Shown: positions 61,976-64,000 of the stretch, piece by piece
Position numbering within the stretch: position 1 is the first letter of the stretch
Layout of the letters: every line of letters begins with the position of its first letter
NCBI GenBank assembly: GCA_965204735.1
Contig: OZ242008.1
Span: forward strand, 1,440,001 to 1,504,000
Length of the DNA: 64,000 bases
Reading direction: 5' to 3'
From: Longimicrobiales bacterium
GTDB lineage: Bacteria; Gemmatimonadota; Gemmatimonadetes; Longimicrobiales; Gaopeijiaceae
Program-made: the position numbers and the translations under genes
Notes under the pieces: generated by a model
Told to the model about the DNA's origin: nothing
Databases searched by the model: none
Seen by the model: the letters and a program-made list of their open reading frames with translations, nothing else

Positions 61976-62533
61976 ATGAAGCAGAGCCAGTCGCCCAAGT
62001 GTCACTGTGCTTTTTCCTCCCGGCCCGTGTGGGCACTGGCCTTGACGCTCTCCTTTGGGTCCTGCGTCCAGTCCAGTCAGAGGGCCACGGAAGTGGACGT
62101 GACCGACGAAGCCTCCATGGTCAGGCTGGTTGAGGCAGCATTTCGGCACGTAATCAGCGACATCTCTGGGTCGTCTCAGTTGCCACCGGGCCAGGACAGC
62201 CTCAAGGTGTTCATTGAGAACCCGCCTAGTCACGTCCGACTGAGCCCCATGGCACTGAAGGCACTCGCAACGGTGGCATCCGAGTTGCGAACTCCGTCCG
62301 CAAAGGGTCCGACATGCCACGGGATTCTGAACTGCACCATGGAGAGGGGGACGGTATCCATAGCTCTGACAAGGGTCGCCATCCTTGACAACAACTTGGC
62401 CGAAGTAGGCGTCGCAACCTCTCGACGATCGCCTAGCAAGTCGCGGATCTTCATGACTGCTTCGCGAATGTTGTTTGAATGGAATGGCGTCGCATGGACC
62501 TGGATCAAGAACACGTCGTTTCTGATAACGTGA
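61976..62533 (+). CDS. Hypothetical exported protein, probable lipoprotein
   Basis: GGAGG RBS; hydrophobic stretch ending in FGSC; lower GC. Confidence 0.65.
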   Translation: MKQSQSPKCHCAFSSRPVWALALTLSFGSCVQSSQRATEVDVTDEASMVRLVEAAFRHVISDISGSSQLPPGQDSLKVFIENPPSHVRLSPMALKALATVASELRTPSAKGPTCHGILNCTMERGTVSIALTRVAILDNNLAEVGVATSRRSPSKSRIFMTASRMLFEWNGVAWTWIKNTSFLIT

Positions 62534-62626
62534 GGTGATTTTGCAATGACTACAAGATGCATGTTGGTCGAGGAGTCCAATCGATAGGCGGAGGCACGCA
62601 GCCTCCGCCCACACAGAGGAGGAGCA

Positions 62627-63118
62627 ATGAAGACGAAGTACAAGCTGGGCCTGATCGGGGCGTCGGCTGTTTTCACATTTACATTGATTACTGAACGAAA
62701 TGCCTCATCTCAAGCGTTTACGTGTCCCAATAACAGTTATTGGAGTTGTAGCACTATGACATCAACTTACGAACGTGAGTACAAGCGGATGTTGGCCAAC
62801 GTGCCGTGGTCTGATAATCAAGATCCCCGATGCATACATGCGCGCGATGGATCAGAGAGCATTATCGATAGTGCTAGATTTGCGTGGTTCAATTCATCAC
62901 ATGCTGCTGGCTACTCTCACCTTCCGACCCAAACGATAGGGCTAAACGAACGCTATCGATCCCAGTTTGGTTCGTTTCGAGGAGGAGACCTGAATGGACT
63001 GAGTGCGCTGGAAGTTCTAGTTCATGAAGCGGCGCACTGGGGACTTGGCCATGTTGGGCGGAACGAAGCATTCGAGAGTGCCGCCGACTACGTGACCGAT
63101 CAATGTATCACGTGGTAG
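62627..63118 (+). CDS. Small secreted protein with HExxH motif (putative minimal zinc metalloprotease)
   Basis: GAGGAGGAG RBS, signal peptide, VLVHEAAHWGLGH, several Cys. Confidence 0.7.
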   Translation: MKTKYKLGLIGASAVFTFTLITERNASSQAFTCPNNSYWSCSTMTSTYEREYKRMLANVPWSDNQDPRCIHARDGSESIIDSARFAWFNSSHAAGYSHLPTQTIGLNERYRSQFGSFRGGDLNGLSALEVLVHEAAHWGLGHVGRNEAFESAADYVTDQCITW

Positions 63119-63192
63119 CGAAATGAGCGTCGACATCTCATTGATAACGTGAGATGCTGCCGGACCCGCGTCGCGCGGTAGAGGATGGATCC

Positions 63193-63365
63193 GTGCCCGG
63201 CGGGCGGCGTGGTGCTGCTCCAGGGTCAGAACGCTTTCGACGACATGGAGACGGCGGACGCCGACGAGCGGATCCGGGCGACATCCTGCGACGCGCCCCT
63301 GGAGTCGCCGATCCGGCAGACCGCGGGCGGCACCGTGGGCTGAGTCGTGGTTGCCAAGGGGGGTC
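63193..63365 (+). pseudogene. Degenerate duplicate fragment of the groEL 3' region
   Basis: Colinear with groEL 61384-~61560 (VPGGGVALL...ETAD.DERI...LESPIRQ...VVAK) with indels. Confidence 0.85.
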
Positions 63366-63498
63366 GAGTGGCGCATGGACCGGTGGCCAGCGGGGTTGCG
63401 ACGGGTCTGGCGTTCCCGGCAGCCGGCGTCAACCGGGGTCCGGGGCGCGTCGAGATCAGTGCTCCGGGCCCCGGTCCGCGTACGCTGATCCGGCCCCC

Positions 63499-63556
63499 TT
63501 GACACCCTCCGACGAGTTCCCAACATTTCTGTTGCCAACGATTCTGTTGCCAACAA
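63499..63556 (+). promoter_or_regulatory. Promoter with three 15-bp-spaced GTT(G/C)CCAAC boxes
   Basis: TTGACA at 63499; boxes at 63516, 63531, 63546; TGTTG-C-CAACA is palindromic. Confidence 0.65.
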
Positions 63557-63576
63557 TCTTGCTGGGAGGAGCGACC

Positions 63577-64000
63577 ATGGGACTGGAGAAGACGCTGGGA
63601 AGCCCGGTGGAGGGGAAGAAGTTCTTCGACCGGGAGCACGAGATCGAGGCGCTGACGGAACGGATCCGCGAGGGCAACCACACATTGCTCGTGGCCCAGC
63701 GACGGATGGGAAAGACGAGCATCGTTCGCGAGCTCTTGCGCCGTCTCCAGCTGACCGACGAGTTCGCGACTGTGTTCGTGGACTTCGAGGACGCCCAAAG
63801 CCCGGCGGAAACAGTGGTGGAGCTGGCAATGGCCTCGAGGCGGATTCGCGGCCTGTGGGATCGGGCCAAGGGCGCGTTCGCCAACGTCGCTACGGCAGCT
63901 GTCGGGCGGATCGACGAGGTGGGATTGTCCAAGCTCCGCGTGAAGCTTCGAAACGACATCGATTCGGGCAACTGGCGGCCCAAGGGCGACGCGGTGCTGG
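63577..64000 (+). CDS. Archaeal-type/STAND-like AAA ATPase (partial, runs off window)
   Basis: Manual translation MGLEKTLGSPVEGKKFFDREHEIEAL...LLVAQRRMGKTS; GGAGGAG RBS. Confidence 0.85.
   Translation, partial: MGLEKTLGSPVEGKKFFDREHEIEALTERIREGNHTLLVAQRRMGKTSIVRELLRRLQLTDEFATVFVDFEDAQSPAETVVELAMASRRIRGLWDRAKGAFANVATAAVGRIDEVGLSKLRVKLRNDIDSGNWRPKGDAVL

Noticed and set aside
63456..63983. Minus-strand ORFs at the window end
   Set aside because: The plus strand encodes a clear Walker-A ATPase with RBS that the track missed because it lacks a stop

Overview
High-GC bacterial chromosomal segment. The gene order (lexA/trpCFBA; rlmN/aspS-phoH-7TM-HD-ybeY-mgtE-meaB-mutase; secDF-tatD-mutL-miaA-bshA-uppP-birA-coaX; groES-groEL) and a giant Calx-beta autotransporter suggest Gemmatimonadota, possibly host/sponge-associated (inference only). 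Accessory DNA is interleaved with the housekeeping backbone: (1) a 4423-aa Calx-beta adhesin behind a near-consensus sigma70 promoter directly abutting a 33-C homopolymer; (2) a decaying defence-like island (DUF3883 helicase remnant, ABC ATPase + TOPRIM-like pair, pseudogenes, an internally deleted second ATPase copy); (3) a ketopantoate-reductase fused to an unknown C-terminal domain; (4) an RCC1 lipoprotein and an HExxH peptidase lipoprotein between meaB and the mutase; (5) an Rpn-family gene with a predicted internal small-protein start and a structured ~116-nt upstream element that recurs at the window start; (6) a low-GC cassette between groEL and a degenerate groEL fragment. Candidate regulatory arrays include five 11-bp-phased CCGAA repeats over the lexA promoter. 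No rRNA, tRNA or CRISPR array was found. All calls come from reading motifs by eye, with no database searches.
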